Positions 21,256 to 32,437 of a DNA stretch of 64,000 nucleotides are shown in pieces (the stretch's first letter is position 1; every line of letters begins with the position of its first letter). Below the pieces are notes generated by a model. The model was given only the letters and a program-made list of their open reading frames with translations. It did no database searches and was not told the DNA's origin. The position numbers were made by a program, and so were the translations under genes. This DNA is from Prochlorococcus sp. AG-347-K15 (lineage in GTDB: Bacteria; Cyanobacteriota; Cyanobacteriia; PCC-6307; Cyanobiaceae), in contig QCCC01000003.1 of assembly GCA_003281415.1 (NCBI GenBank), positions 21,182 to 85,181 of the forward strand, written 5' to 3'.

Positions 21256-21849
21256 TTGAAAAAAAGAAATCCCATTATATTGATTCATGGTCTTTGGAAT
21301 ACTTCAGATATTTTTTCTTCTATTACTGCAAAACTTGATGATATTGGAATTGAATATTTTGCCCCAACTCTTAAACATTCATATGGAATGACTTCAATTA
21401 TTGATTTGAGTAATACATTGAACGAACTAATTTTGGAGAAATATGGTTTAGAAAAAAAATTAGATATAATGGGATTCTCCATGGGCGGGATAATTGGTAG
21501 GTATTGGATTCAAAAATTTAATGGTTATAAAAGAACAAGAAGATTTATTTCTATAGGTTCTCCTCACAAAGGGACATTAATAGCTCAATTAGTACCTAAA
21601 TACCCTTTTAGAGGAATATCAGAAATGAAAATAAATAGTAAGTTTTTAAGAGAACTGGCAAAGAATGATTTTTTTCTTGATGATATCGAGTGTATAAATT
21701 TCTTTACTTATTGGGACCTAATGGTTTTCCCTGGCTGGTTGACTAATTTAAATTTAGGAAAAAAAATATCAGTAAAAGTATATAAACATAGAAATCTTGT
21801 AAGAAATAAATCTGTGGTTGACAAAATAATTGCTGAAATTATTATGTAG
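21256..21849 (+). CDS. Alpha/beta-hydrolase (lipase/esterase)
   Basis: IHGL oxyanion motif, GFSMGG nucleophile, SPHKGT. Confidence 0.9.
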   Translation: MKKRNPIILIHGLWNTSDIFSSITAKLDDIGIEYFAPTLKHSYGMTSIIDLSNTLNELILEKYGLEKKLDIMGFSMGGIIGRYWIQKFNGYKRTRRFISIGSPHKGTLIAQLVPKYPFRGISEMKINSKFLRELAKNDFFLDDIECINFFTYWDLMVFPGWLTNLNLGKKISVKVYKHRNLVRNKSVVDKIIAEIIM

Positions 21850-23929
21850 CTCCAGATAGACCCAAGTGTCTTATTAATGAATCTGTTTGTGGCTCTCTTC
21901 CCCTGAAAAGTTTGAATATGTCTAATGGAGGTAAACTTCCACCTAAGCTAAGTATCGTATCTTTAAATTTCTTTCCTATTAACTTTAAATTTTCAGAGTT
22001 TTCTAGATCAGCTTCTTCGAACATAGAAAAAGCATCAGCACTTAGAACTTCAGCCCATTTATATGAGTAATATCCTGCAGAATATCCGCCTGCAAATATA
22101 TGGCTAAAACAACAAAGAAAGTTATCTTCTTGAATTGGTTCAATAACAGTAGTTTGTTTCGCAATTTCTCTTCTTATTTCATCTGCTGTTTTACCTTCAT
22201 TATTATCAATACTACTGTGCAATCTGAGGTCTGTAATCGCAAAATGAAGTTGTCTAAGAGTAGCCATACCACAATTAAAAGTTCTATTTTTTAGGAGTTT
22301 CTCAAAATTCTCATCGGATAATTTTTCGCCTGTTTTGTAGTGCTTAGCAATATTCATAAGTGTATTTTTATGAAAACACCAGTTTTCCATAAATTGACTT
22401 GGAAGTTCGACTGCATCCCATTCAACGTTGTTGATGCCTGCTGCTTGAGGAAGATTTACAGTAGTAAGCATGTGTTGGAGGCCATGACCAAATTCATGGA
22501 AAAGTGTCTGAACTTCTTCAAAACTCATCAAACTAGGTTTATCTTTTGATGGTGGAGTCTGATTACAAACGAGATAAGCTACTGGCAGAGTTTTTTTGCC
22601 AACATTATTTTTATTCAAACATTCATCCATCCAAGCCCCTCCTCTCTTTGATTCAGGCCTCGAATATGGATCCAGGTAAAAAGATGCTATTTTTTTATCT
22701 TCTTTATTGAGGATATTAAAAAATAAGACGTCATCATTCCATATAGGAGCCTCATTAGTCGCCTCGACTACTTTAATTTCAAAAAGCTTCTCACTTAACT
22801 TAAATAAACCTTTCAAAACATCATTTAGTGGGAACCAAGGTCTCAAAGACTCTTGATCCAAATTGAGCTTTTCCTTTCTAAGAAGTTCAGACCAATAACT
22901 AATATCCCATGGCTCAATATTCTGTGATTTTGGAAAGCCATTAGCTTTAGAAAACTTATCTAGTGTTTCTAATTCAATTTTTGCGGTTTTTAATGCTGGT
23001 TCTCTCAATTCTTCTAAAAGGTTTTCTACATTTTTAATTTCTTTCGCCATTTTCGTTGACAAACTTAGTTCTGCCCAACTTTTATAACCGAGAAGATTAG
23101 CTTGTTTAGTTCTAAGAGATAATATATCTTCAATGATTTGAGAATTATTTTTTTCTCCTTGAGACGCCCTACTAACAAAAGCCTTGTATAGTTTTTCTCT
23201 AAGATTACGCTCGGTGGCATATGTCATGAACGAAGTATAAGTTGGAATATCTAGACTTAATTTCCAAGGACCATTTTGAATATCAATTTCTTCATCTTTT
23301 TTTAAGTGATTGTGTGCAGAAATCGCCATCAATTCAAGTACTCGTTCAGGAAGACCATCTACTTCAGATTTTTTATTTAATATTAAAAACCATTCGTTAG
23401 TGGCATCAAGAACATTGTTACTGAATTCGGTTGACAGCTTTCCAAGTTTTTCTGAAATTTTGTTAAATTCTTCTTGATCATTTTTTTGTAGTGAAATTCC
23501 TCTATGTTGCATTTCAAGAATTTCTTTATCTAAAATTCTGTTTTTAATTTGATCAAAGTTATTTGTTTCTTTAAGCTTGACTAGAGAATTATAAATTATT
23601 TTGCTTTGCCCGAATTTATTACTCAAGCTAATGATCTCTGGAAGAAATTTTGAATAAATATCTCTTAAACTTTCAGAATTATTTACAGCATTTAGGTGAC
23701 TTATTACTCCCCAACTCCATCGAAGAATTTCATTTACTTCATTTAAAGGATTTATTACCTTATCCCAATTTAAATTATTTTGAATCAAATAATTAGATAA
23801 ATTTTTTTCTATGTTTTTAAATTCTTCAGTTATCTTTTCTAGTACTAATGGAAATTGTTTGCTTATGCTTTCGGGAGTAAATTTTTTAAATTGTGGTAAC
23901 TCTCCATATTTAAAAATTGAGGTATCCAT
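21842..23929 (-). CDS. prlC: Oligopeptidase A (M3 family)
   Basis: FHEFGHGLQH zinc motif, KRGGAWM, WDAVELPSQFME, GYSAGYYSYKWAE. Confidence 0.95.
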   Translation of the reverse strand: MDTSIFKYGELPQFKKFTPESISKQFPLVLEKITEEFKNIEKNLSNYLIQNNLNWDKVINPLNEVNEILRWSWGVISHLNAVNNSESLRDIYSKFLPEIISLSNKFGQSKIIYNSLVKLKETNNFDQIKNRILDKEILEMQHRGISLQKNDQEEFNKISEKLGKLSTEFSNNVLDATNEWFLILNKKSEVDGLPERVLELMAISAHNHLKKDEEIDIQNGPWKLSLDIPTYTSFMTYATERNLREKLYKAFVSRASQGEKNNSQIIEDILSLRTKQANLLGYKSWAELSLSTKMAKEIKNVENLLEELREPALKTAKIELETLDKFSKANGFPKSQNIEPWDISYWSELLRKEKLNLDQESLRPWFPLNDVLKGLFKLSEKLFEIKVVEATNEAPIWNDDVLFFNILNKEDKKIASFYLDPYSRPESKRGGAWMDECLNKNNVGKKTLPVAYLVCNQTPPSKDKPSLMSFEEVQTLFHEFGHGLQHMLTTVNLPQAAGINNVEWDAVELPSQFMENWCFHKNTLMNIAKHYKTGEKLSDENFEKLLKNRTFNCGMATLRQLHFAITDLRLHSSIDNNEGKTADEIRREIAKQTTVIEPIQEDNFLCCFSHIFAGGYSAGYYSYKWAEVLSADAFSMFEEADLENSENLKLIGKKFKDTILSLGGSLPPLDIFKLFRGREPQTDSLIRHLGLSGAT

Positions 23930-23942
23930 TTATTAAGATAAT

Positions 23943-25484
23943 TTAATTAACTAAAGTTGGGATTGATCCAACTAATTTAGCTAAAGTAAGCTGCTGACTG
24001 AGAGCATTGGTTGAAGATTCGTATAAATTTATGGCTATTTTGGGCCAAAAACCTATTACCAATGTAGGCAACAATAAACTGAAACCAATAGTCAATTCTC
24101 TACCATTCATCTCTTTAACTGTAGCTAGTGCTGGAATTCTAGGGCCAAAGAATACTCTTCTACACATTGATAATAGATATATTGGTGTTAGAACTAATCC
24201 TATGGCTGCAATTAGAATCGTGATTGATCTAAAGATAGAGCTAAATCCTTCTTGACTAGTGATACCTAAAAATACAGTTATTTCACTTATAAAACCGCTC
24301 ATCCCAGGTAGTGCTAGAGAGGCCAATGAGCTTGCTAAGAAAAAAGCAAAAGTTATTGGCAAAACCTTTGCTAAGCCACCCATATTTGGGATAGAAAGAG
24401 TATTTGTTCTTTCATAAAATGAGCCCGTAACAAAGAACATAGCTGCGGCTATAAGTCCGTGACTGATCATTTGTAGCATTGCTCCGCTAATCCCTAGAGC
24501 ATCTACCGCTCCAATCCCTAACAGAACAAAACCCATATGACTCACAGAGCTACATGCAATTCTCCTTTTGACATTATCTTGTGCAAATGCATTTAGAGCT
24601 CCGTAAATTATATTAATGATTCCAAGAATAATTAACGCAGGCGCAATTTGAAGATGTACTTCAGGTAGTATTTGAACATTGAATCTTAACAGAGCATAAC
24701 CTCCCATTTTTAAGAGTATTCCAGCTAGTAACATTGAAACTGGAGCATTAGCTTCTCCATGTGCATCAGGTAACCATGTATGTAATGGAAAGATAGGAAG
24801 TTTTACTCCAAAACCAATTAAAAATCCTAAATAAGATAATAAAGCTAAGCTGCCGGATACATGTTTATTGGTTAAATCAGTAATATTTAAAGTAAAGGAA
24901 TCACCGCTCAATGCAATTGCTAATCCACTTATGAGTATTAATAAAGAAGCTAAAGCTGTATAAAGAATGAATTTAGTGGCCGCATATAATTTCTTTTTCC
25001 CTCCCCAAATCGCAATAAGAAGATATACCGGAACTAATTCAAGTTCCCAGGCCAAGAAAAACAATAGGAAATCTTGAGAAAGGAAAACTAGTGCTTGAGC
25101 TGATGCTTGGATTAATAAAAGAGCAAAATATAGATTAGATTTTTTCTTAATTTTCCAACTAGCCGCAGCTGATAAAAACGTAATTAACCCACTTAAAGCT
25201 ACTAAAGGAGCAGATAACCCATCTACGCCAAGGGACCATTCTAAGCCTATTGATGGTAACCAGGAAGCTCTTTCTACGAGTTGTAAAGAACTATCTGAAG
25301 TATTGAATTTCTGAAAAAGGACTCCGGTTATTAGTAAAAAATCTATAAATAAAAAACTTAATGAGATATTTCTAGGGAGTGTATTATCTTCTCCTTCTTT
25401 TGAACTTAAGAAAGGCATTATTAATGCCCCAATTAAAGGTAGTAAAACAATAGATGATAACCAAGGAAAAGATTCTAAATTCAT
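23943..25484 (-). CDS. ndhD: NAD(P)H-quinone oxidoreductase subunit 4 (NdhD1/D2 type)
   Basis: Multi-TM protein with [41 protein letters not shown]. Confidence 0.95.
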   Translation of the reverse strand: MNLESFPWLSSIVLLPLIGALIMPFLSSKEGEDNTLPRNISLSFLFIDFLLITGVLFQKFNTSDSSLQLVERASWLPSIGLEWSLGVDGLSAPLVALSGLITFLSAAASWKIKKKSNLYFALLLIQASAQALVFLSQDFLLFFLAWELELVPVYLLIAIWGGKKKLYAATKFILYTALASLLILISGLAIALSGDSFTLNITDLTNKHVSGSLALLSYLGFLIGFGVKLPIFPLHTWLPDAHGEANAPVSMLLAGILLKMGGYALLRFNVQILPEVHLQIAPALIILGIINIIYGALNAFAQDNVKRRIACSSVSHMGFVLLGIGAVDALGISGAMLQMISHGLIAAAMFFVTGSFYERTNTLSIPNMGGLAKVLPITFAFFLASSLASLALPGMSGFISEITVFLGITSQEGFSSIFRSITILIAAIGLVLTPIYLLSMCRRVFFGPRIPALATVKEMNGRELTIGFSLLLPTLVIGFWPKIAINLYESSTNALSQQLTLAKLVGSIPTLVN

Positions 25485-25563
25485 TTATGTAATGAATAAT
25501 TTTTTTATTCTAGTTGAAGTTGTACTAGCTTGAGACTATAACATTAAAAATGCCTAAGTAAAA

Positions 25564-26511
25564 CTACTTATCAGAGATAGTGCTAAATTGGCTGCCCGTT
25601 GTTTGAACGTTTAAGAATGGTGCTCTGCTAGCTACACCTGACTTCTCCCATGCTTTCACCATGGCTTGACTGACGTTTTTACCATTTTCTTTTTTACACA
25701 AAGCTAAGATACTTGGCCCAGCCCCACTAATTGCACATCCTAGAGCGCCTGCATTTAGTGCGGCATCTTTAACTTCTAATCCACCCTTAATAAGTTTCCA
25801 TCTGTAGGGTTCATGTAACTTATCAAACATCCCCTCTTTTATAAGTTCCGCATTACCTGCTTTTAAGCCGTTTAGTAACAAAGTAAGTGCCCCCATATTT
25901 GTAACTGCATCAGATATGGGTACATTCTTGGGCATAACCTTTCTTGCTTCACTTGTGCTTAGACGAATTGCAGGTATTGCTACAACAGCTTTAATTGAAT
26001 CGTGCCAATCACATCTTATGATTCTCCATCTTTGAGAAGAAGACCTGGCTGTCAAGCAAAGCCCGCCAAGAAGAGAAGGGACTACATTATCAGGATGACC
26101 TTCTATATCAATGGCAAGTTCAAGGAGTTTTTCTTTGGACAATGGAGAGTTCATTATTGCATTTGCTCCAATTAACCCAGCAACTATTGCTGTAGCACTA
26201 CTTCCAAGCCCGCGTGCAGGTGGCACTGCCAACTTAACTCTTGCTTCAAGAGCAAAAGGATCCATATTTGCGCTCTCCCATACTTTCTGAGCTGCTCTAA
26301 AAACTAAGTTTTCAGGTCCTCCTCTTAAATGATTACCATCTGTACTTTCCATTATTAAATCAAATCTATCTCCACCACCTTCAATTCTTGTAAAAATAAA
26401 CTCATTATATAAATCCAATGCTGCACCAAGGCAATCGAATCCAGGCCCTAAGTTGGCAGTTGTGGAAGGCACTGTTACCCTTATTTTTTTACCTACTTCA
26501 GGAATAGACAT
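25564..26511 (-). CDS. thrB: Homoserine kinase
   Basis: ANLGPGFD, P.ARGLGSSA, EGHPDN, ISGAGPS. Confidence 0.97.
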   Translation of the reverse strand: MSIPEVGKKIRVTVPSTTANLGPGFDCLGAALDLYNEFIFTRIEGGGDRFDLIMESTDGNHLRGGPENLVFRAAQKVWESANMDPFALEARVKLAVPPARGLGSSATAIVAGLIGANAIMNSPLSKEKLLELAIDIEGHPDNVVPSLLGGLCLTARSSSQRWRIIRCDWHDSIKAVVAIPAIRLSTSEARKVMPKNVPISDAVTNMGALTLLLNGLKAGNAELIKEGMFDKLHEPYRWKLIKGGLEVKDAALNAGALGCAISGAGPSILALCKKENGKNVSQAMVKAWEKSGVASRAPFLNVQTTGSQFSTISDK

Positions 26512-26520
26512 TTTTTGTTT

Positions 26521-27555
26521 TTAAGTTTTTAAAAGCATTTTTGCTCTGCAGGCTGCACTGAAAAGTCCAAACTCTTCATCTAAAATTACTTTTACAGGTA
26601 TTGTTTTAAGAATATCTTTTAATCTTCCCTTGTCGAAAAATTGTTTTAAAAATAAGTCTGATTTAAAGTTTTTGAAATGTTTTGATGCTGTTCCTCCAGA
26701 AATCCATAATCCACCAAAGCATAATTCTTGAAGAGCAACATCTCCCAATAAAGAGGCATAAGCGCCTAACCAAATCCTCTCAACTTCAATCATTAGCTGA
26801 TCACCTTCTTTAGAAAGATTACAAATTTTTTCAGGTAGTTCTTTTCTCGCAGCATCAAAAATTTTAATTTTTTTTAAATATTGTTGTAAAGGATGGTTTT
26901 GGGCATCAGGTTTGCTTAGTCTCCATTCTGCAATTCTTGATAAACCAGTGCCGCTAATAATTCTTTCACAAGATATCCTTTCAACTTTTAGGTAATTTTT
27001 AAGCCAAATTTTTAAATCCCATTCTAATCTTGACTTTGGAGAGTACTCAACATGACCACCTTCACTAGCTAAAACTTTTACCTTTTCACCAGTTATTATT
27101 CCTCTTGCAATCCCCAAGCCAGTTCCCGCTCCAACAATGGCATGCAAATCATTATTAGAGCCTTCAGAATTTGATCCATTTTGGATAGTAGAATATTGAT
27201 TTTTTTTTAAAAAAGGTATTCCATAAATTTGTACAGCGAAATCATTTATTAGCTCGCAGCTTTTAAAATTAAATTTGTTCTGTAAAGCATTTCCAGAAAT
27301 ATTCCATGACAAGTTAATGATTTTTGCGTTGTTTTTAGACAGAGGACCAGCTACGGCGAAACATGCAGAAGAAGGATGTTTAATATTCTTGCATTCTTTT
27401 TTGAGAAAATCTTCTAGGATTAGCTCAAAAGAACCCCATTCAGACGATATATATTTCTTTTTGAATATTAACTTAGGCGAATTATTATTTATTTCTTTTT
27501 CGAAAATTCCTAATAGAACCTTTGTACCTCCTAAATCACAAGCGAGAAAATTCAT
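26521..27555 (-). CDS. glk: Glucokinase (E. coli Glk type)
   Basis: DLGGTK, AVAGP, LINDF, GAGTGLG, SEGGH. Confidence 0.95.
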   Translation of the reverse strand: MNFLACDLGGTKVLLGIFEKEINNNSPKLIFKKKYISSEWGSFELILEDFLKKECKNIKHPSSACFAVAGPLSKNNAKIINLSWNISGNALQNKFNFKSCELINDFAVQIYGIPFLKKNQYSTIQNGSNSEGSNNDLHAIVGAGTGLGIARGIITGEKVKVLASEGGHVEYSPKSRLEWDLKIWLKNYLKVERISCERIISGTGLSRIAEWRLSKPDAQNHPLQQYLKKIKIFDAARKELPEKICNLSKEGDQLMIEVERIWLGAYASLLGDVALQELCFGGLWISGGTASKHFKNFKSDLFLKQFFDKGRLKDILKTIPVKVILDEEFGLFSAACRAKMLLKT

Positions 27556-27565
27556 ATATTAATAA

Positions 27566-29482
27566 TTATTCTGTTCTCCCTTTTTTTTCAATTAATTCAT
27601 CCATTAATTTGAAAAGATTTAGTAAATTGAAAATTCCTAAATTTCTTCCATTCAAAGCTCTTAAGGCGACTGAATCAATTTCCTCTTCTTTATCACCAAT
27701 AACTGCAATTAAAGGAACTCTCCCGAGAGTTGCCTCTCGTATTTTATATCCAATTTTTTCATTTCTAATATCAACTTTTGATCGGTAACCATTATTATTT
27801 ATTAATTCATTAAACCTTAAACATTTTTCAATATTTCTATCAGTAATGCTTAATAAAATTATTTGATAAGGTGCAAGCCAAATTGGGAATTTTGCCTCAT
27901 ATTGTTCAATTAAGATTCCTATAAATCTTTCAAAGGATCCTAAGATTGCTCTATGCAGCATAACTGGATTTCTTTTTTCATTATCAATATCTATATAAGT
28001 TGCATCCAATCTAATAGGCATTGAGAAATCAACCTGAATAGTTCCGCATTGCCAAACTCTGTTAAGACAATCCTTTAACGAGAATTCTATTTTTGGACCA
28101 TAAAAAGCACCTTCTCCAGGTTGTAGTTCCCATTTTAGATTCTTATTATCGAGAGCTTTGGTAAGAGCCTCTTCTGATTTATCCCAAATATCTTCACTAC
28201 CTACCCTTTTTTCAGGACGAGTTGATAATTTGATAATGATTTCATCAAAACCAAAAGTTTTATAAACCTCGAAAACAAGATCTATAAAAGTAGATACCTC
28301 TTCTTGAATTTGCTCTTCTGTGCAGAATATGTGTGCATCATCTTGGGTAAAGTTTCTTACTCTCATTAATCCGTGTAGTGCACCAGAGGGCTCGTTTCTG
28401 TGACAGGAACCAAATTCGGCAAGACGAATAGGTAAATCTTTATAACTTTTTAAACCTTGATTAAATACTTGAATATGGCATGGACAATTCATTGGTTTGA
28501 TTGCATATGTTCGATTTTCTGATGCAGTAGTGAACATATCGTCTCTAAATTTTTCCCAATGACCGGATTTTTCCCAAAGTGATTTATCAACAGCTTGTGG
28601 GGTTTTAATTTCTAAATAATCATTTTTTTTGAGTATTTCTCTTATGTACTTTTCAAGTACTTGGTATATTGTCCATCCATTTGGATGCCAAAAAATCATT
28701 CCTGGAGATTCTTCTTGTATATGAAATAGTGAATGTTTTTTACCTAGTTTTCTATGATCTCTTTTTTCAGCTTCTTCAATTCTTGTTAAGTAGTCATTGA
28801 GATCTTTTTCTTTTGCCCATGCAGTTCCATATATTCTCTGTAATGATTCATTCTCACAATTACCTCTCCAATATGAACCTGATAATTTAAGTAATTTAAA
28901 GTGTCTCAAATGTCTAGTGTTAGGAACATGAGGACCTCTACACATGTCGATGTATTCTTCGTGCTTGTATAAATTGATGAGCCCTTCTTCAGGAATTTCT
29001 TCAATTATTCTTAATTTAAAAGTCTCATCTCTTTCTTTAAAAGTTTTAATTGCCTCTTCTTTAGAAACTTGTAAAATTTCAACGTCATAGTTTGTTTTTA
29101 TTAATTTATTAATTCTAGTTTCGATTTTTATTAAATCTTCAGGAGTAAATCTGTATTCAGAGAAAATATCGTAATAAAAACCATCTTCAATTACAGGCCC
29201 AATCGCCATTTTAATATCAGAGTAAATTTGTTTAACTGCATGACCAATAAGGTGAGCGAAGGAATGTCTTATTATTTCAATTCCTTCTTTATCTTTTGAT
29301 GTGATGATTACAACTTTGGAATCTTTATTTATAGGAATTGTTGCATCAATTAGAACATCATTTACTTTCCCAGCAATTGTTGCTTTAGCTAATCCAGCGC
29401 CTATACTCTGGGCAATTTCTAGAATAGTTACAGATTTTTCAAAAACCTTTTTTGAACCATCAGGCAAGGTAATTATTGGCAT
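27566..29482 (-). CDS. thrS: Threonine--tRNA ligase
   Basis: TGS domain, HSFAH editing motif, [30 protein letters not shown]. Confidence 0.98.
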   Translation of the reverse strand: MPIITLPDGSKKVFEKSVTILEIAQSIGAGLAKATIAGKVNDVLIDATIPINKDSKVVIITSKDKEGIEIIRHSFAHLIGHAVKQIYSDIKMAIGPVIEDGFYYDIFSEYRFTPEDLIKIETRINKLIKTNYDVEILQVSKEEAIKTFKERDETFKLRIIEEIPEEGLINLYKHEEYIDMCRGPHVPNTRHLRHFKLLKLSGSYWRGNCENESLQRIYGTAWAKEKDLNDYLTRIEEAEKRDHRKLGKKHSLFHIQEESPGMIFWHPNGWTIYQVLEKYIREILKKNDYLEIKTPQAVDKSLWEKSGHWEKFRDDMFTTASENRTYAIKPMNCPCHIQVFNQGLKSYKDLPIRLAEFGSCHRNEPSGALHGLMRVRNFTQDDAHIFCTEEQIQEEVSTFIDLVFEVYKTFGFDEIIIKLSTRPEKRVGSEDIWDKSEEALTKALDNKNLKWELQPGEGAFYGPKIEFSLKDCLNRVWQCGTIQVDFSMPIRLDATYIDIDNEKRNPVMLHRAILGSFERFIGILIEQYEAKFPIWLAPYQIILLSITDRNIEKCLRFNELINNNGYRSKVDIRNEKIGYKIREATLGRVPLIAVIGDKEEEIDSVALRALNGRNLGIFNLLNLFKLMDELIEKKGRTE

Positions 29483-29485
29483 AAT

Positions 29486-30502
29486 TTATTTCTCCATTTC
29501 AAAGAATCCTAATTTTGATTTAACTCTTTTTAAAGTCTGATTTGCTAAATCTTCAGCTTTTCCCTTCCCTTGATCAAGGATTTTATTTAGTTGATAAGGA
29601 TCATTAATTAATAATTTATATTTTTTCTGAATAGGTTCTAGTGATTCAATAAGTTGTTCAGTAATTAATTTTTTAAATGTCCCCCATCCAGTTTCTAAGA
29701 ATTCATTTTCACATTGAGAAATTTCTTTGCCAGATAATATTGAATAAATCATCAATAGATTTTTAGATTCTGGTCTCTCAGGGTTGTTAAATTCAATTCC
29801 AATAGAACTGTCACTTTTTGCTCTTTTAATTTTTTTTGTGATTATTTCAGGAGGATCTAATAAGTTTATGCGACTGCCCTCATTAGGATCACTTTTGCTC
29901 ATCTTTTTTGAACCATCAATTAAACTCATTATTTTTGAACCATTCTTCATAATAATTGGCTGAGGGATTTTTAAAATATTTTTATCTTTACTAAATCTGG
30001 CATTAATTCTTTGTTGTGCAATATCTCTGGCAAGTTCAAGATGTTGTTTTTGATCCTCCCCAACTGGTACAAAGTCAGCATCGTACAGAAGGATGTCGGC
30101 CGCCATCAGGATCGGATAGTTAAATAATCCAATAGATACATTATTACCCTGTTGTATAGATTTTTCTTTAAATTGAATCATTCTTTCCATCCAATTTATT
30201 GGGGTCATGCAATTTAATATCCAACAAAGTTCTGAATGTGCAGAAATTTGACTTTGGACAAAAATTGAGCATATTTCGGGGTCTATCCCACAAGCAACAT
30301 ACAAAGCCGCAGTGGAAAGAGTATTCTTGGATAATTCTTTAGGGTTATATGTAGCTGTGATTGCGTGTAAATCAACTACGCATAGAAATGTTTCATATTG
30401 ATCTTGAAGCGTAACCCAATTATTAATGGCCCCAAGCCAGTTCCCAATGTGTAAATCACCAGTTGGTTGAACTCCCGAAAGAATTCTTTTTTTATTCGCC
30501 AT
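29486..30502 (-). CDS. trpS: Tryptophan--tRNA ligase
   Basis: QPTGDLHIGN, VGEDQ.QH.E, KMSKS. Confidence 0.98.
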   Translation of the reverse strand: MANKKRILSGVQPTGDLHIGNWLGAINNWVTLQDQYETFLCVVDLHAITATYNPKELSKNTLSTAALYVACGIDPEICSIFVQSQISAHSELCWILNCMTPINWMERMIQFKEKSIQQGNNVSIGLFNYPILMAADILLYDADFVPVGEDQKQHLELARDIAQQRINARFSKDKNILKIPQPIIMKNGSKIMSLIDGSKKMSKSDPNEGSRINLLDPPEIITKKIKRAKSDSSIGIEFNNPERPESKNLLMIYSILSGKEISQCENEFLETGWGTFKKLITEQLIESLEPIQKKYKLLINDPYQLNKILDQGKGKAEDLANQTLKRVKSKLGFFEMEK

Positions 30503-30914
30503 CCTCTTCTACTTCGCTAGATTGGATCTCTTCAGTTGTTGAACTTTTTACAGGTCTTGCAAAAGGATCAGGTACTGTTTTTGTCTTTTCTTCATAAGGA
30601 TTTTGTGATTGTCTATTCGGAGAAGAGTTTTTATTATTTTTTGCATATTCTGTTATTGATTCAATCAATTTTTCGTCTTTGATCATTTCGCTAAGTGTTC
30701 TAACGGAGAAACCCAGAACTGCAACTGTAGATCTCAATTGAAAGGTCTCTTGTATTGATTTAACAGCTTTCATTTCATTATCACTTAATCTTATGCGGAA
30801 TCCTCCTGCATCTCTTCTGCCGCCAGATCTATCTCTGAAATTAGATCTTTCATTGTTAGTACGACCTCTGTAATTTTCTTGTCCAGGATTATTGCTGAAA
30901 TTTGAATTAGACAT
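30492..30914 (-). CDS. Hypothetical protein with a putative ribbon-helix-helix core and disordered tails
   Basis: 140 aa; FRIRLSDNE strand followed by two helices; overlaps the trpS start by 11 nt. Confidence 0.7.
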   Translation of the reverse strand: MSNSNFSNNPGQENYRGRTNNERSNFRDRSGGRRDAGGFRIRLSDNEMKAVKSIQETFQLRSTVAVLGFSVRTLSEMIKDEKLIESITEYAKNNKNSSPNRQSQNPYEEKTKTVPDPFARPVKSSTTEEIQSSEVEEDGE

Positions 30915-31079
30915 CTTGATGTTTCGTAAGTTATTTAAATAGTCTATTAACTTAGCATCTTGTTATGCAATAAGTCTTTTTAAAAGCCCTAAAATTTTAT
31001 CTTTTGATTAACGACTTATGAAATTTTGCTTTTCTCATTCACAACTTGCATTAAAATAAAATTAGAAAAATAAAGCATT

Positions 31080-32417
31080 GTGTTTGATATTAGTAAAGAC
31101 AACCTTTTAAAGGATTTCATAAAGTTTCCAAAAAAAAATCTTCTAATTATTTTATTATTATTAGGTTTTGGGGAATGGTTTGTCAGTGACTTAATTCATT
31201 TTGCAGGCGGCTCAATAGGATTTTTTGCGTTGTGTTTGGGGGGATATTTTTACTTGAAGAATGATAAGCCTAAATTTAATGAGCCAAATAATCTAGATGG
31301 TTGGATAAATCTATGTAATGAAGATTTAAATTTTTTTGAAGAACTTGAAGCAACAAACGAATTAGAAAAACAGAATTCAAAAAGAAAAAAAATACTTGAA
31401 TCGATTCTTAATAGATTTGATGAAAAAGAAAAAATAAGTTTTATTGGACAAAAATATTACCAAAGTTGTCAGTCTGTTTTGAAAAGTTATTTCAAAGCAG
31501 ATAAATTTGACTTTGATTTATACGAAAAACTGCCTAAATACAATTCTTCTCAAGTTATTCCAGAAGAAGCTTTGAAGAGTGATGCAATCTTGTATTTTAT
31601 AAACTTGCCTTTGTCTGCAAATGATTTTTTGTGGCTGGAAAAGTTTCCTAAAAATATGCCAATCTGGTTGGTTGCTTCAACTTCCAACGAAATAGAAGAC
31701 AAAAATCAGATAGAAGATCTAAAGTCTCAAATTTCAAGTGAATTTATAAATAAAATTATTACTTTTGATGTAAATAAGAATGAAATAACAAATATACCTT
31801 TTTCCTTAAGGAAGTTTTTCATAAGTTCATCTAAAAATATTGAAAATACAAAAAAAAGGCTCTTGAAAGAGCTTCATGTTGCTTGGCAATCTGAAATTGA
31901 AGGGATAAGAAGAATGCAGTTAAAAGGTATACAAAGAAAAAACCAAATTCTTGTCGCCACAACTGTTTTCTTATCCCCTATCCCATCAATTGATGTTATG
32001 GCAATGACAGTAATAAATTCATTAATGATTAAAGAAATTAAGTCCATATGGGGATGTAATTGGTCTCCTGAAATTTTAGATAAAGTATCTAAAGAGATTT
32101 TAAAAACTGCAATTGCTCAGGGAGTTATTGAATGGAGTGGACAGACTCTAATTGGCATAACAAAATTACATGGCCCAAATTGGCTTGTCTCTGGAACATT
32201 TCAGGCTGTAAGTGCTGCTTATTTAACAAGAGTAGTATCTAGTTCTTTGGCTGATTTTATGGCAATAACAAAAGGAGTAGAAGAACCTGATTTGGATTTT
32301 ATAAAGAAAAATTCTGAGAAAATTGTTAAAAAAGCTTTTGAAAAAGAAAAAATAAATTGGAAAGGATTTATTTCTGATATAAGAAAACCACTTATGAAAC
32401 TATCTTTTAGTTCATAA
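31080..32417 (+). CDS. YcjF/DUF697-family membrane protein
   Basis: N-terminal TM helices; C-terminal SPIPSIDV and G..QA..AAYLTR motifs. Confidence 0.75.
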   Translation: MFDISKDNLLKDFIKFPKKNLLIILLLLGFGEWFVSDLIHFAGGSIGFFALCLGGYFYLKNDKPKFNEPNNLDGWINLCNEDLNFFEELEATNELEKQNSKRKKILESILNRFDEKEKISFIGQKYYQSCQSVLKSYFKADKFDFDLYEKLPKYNSSQVIPEEALKSDAILYFINLPLSANDFLWLEKFPKNMPIWLVASTSNEIEDKNQIEDLKSQISSEFINKIITFDVNKNEITNIPFSLRKFFISSSKNIENTKKRLLKELHVAWQSEIEGIRRMQLKGIQRKNQILVATTVFLSPIPSIDVMAMTVINSLMIKEIKSIWGCNWSPEILDKVSKEILKTAIAQGVIEWSGQTLIGITKLHGPNWLVSGTFQAVSAAYLTRVVSSSLADFMAITKGVEEPDLDFIKKNSEKIVKKAFEKEKINWKGFISDIRKPLMKLSFSS

Positions 32418-32437
32418 TCTAAGATTGAATTTTAAAA

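Noticed and set aside
30952-30970. TTAGCA...TGCAA, resembling a CIRCE element
   Set aside because: Does not fit TTAGCACTC-N9-GAGTGCTAA in arm sequence or spacing, and the flanking genes are not chaperones.
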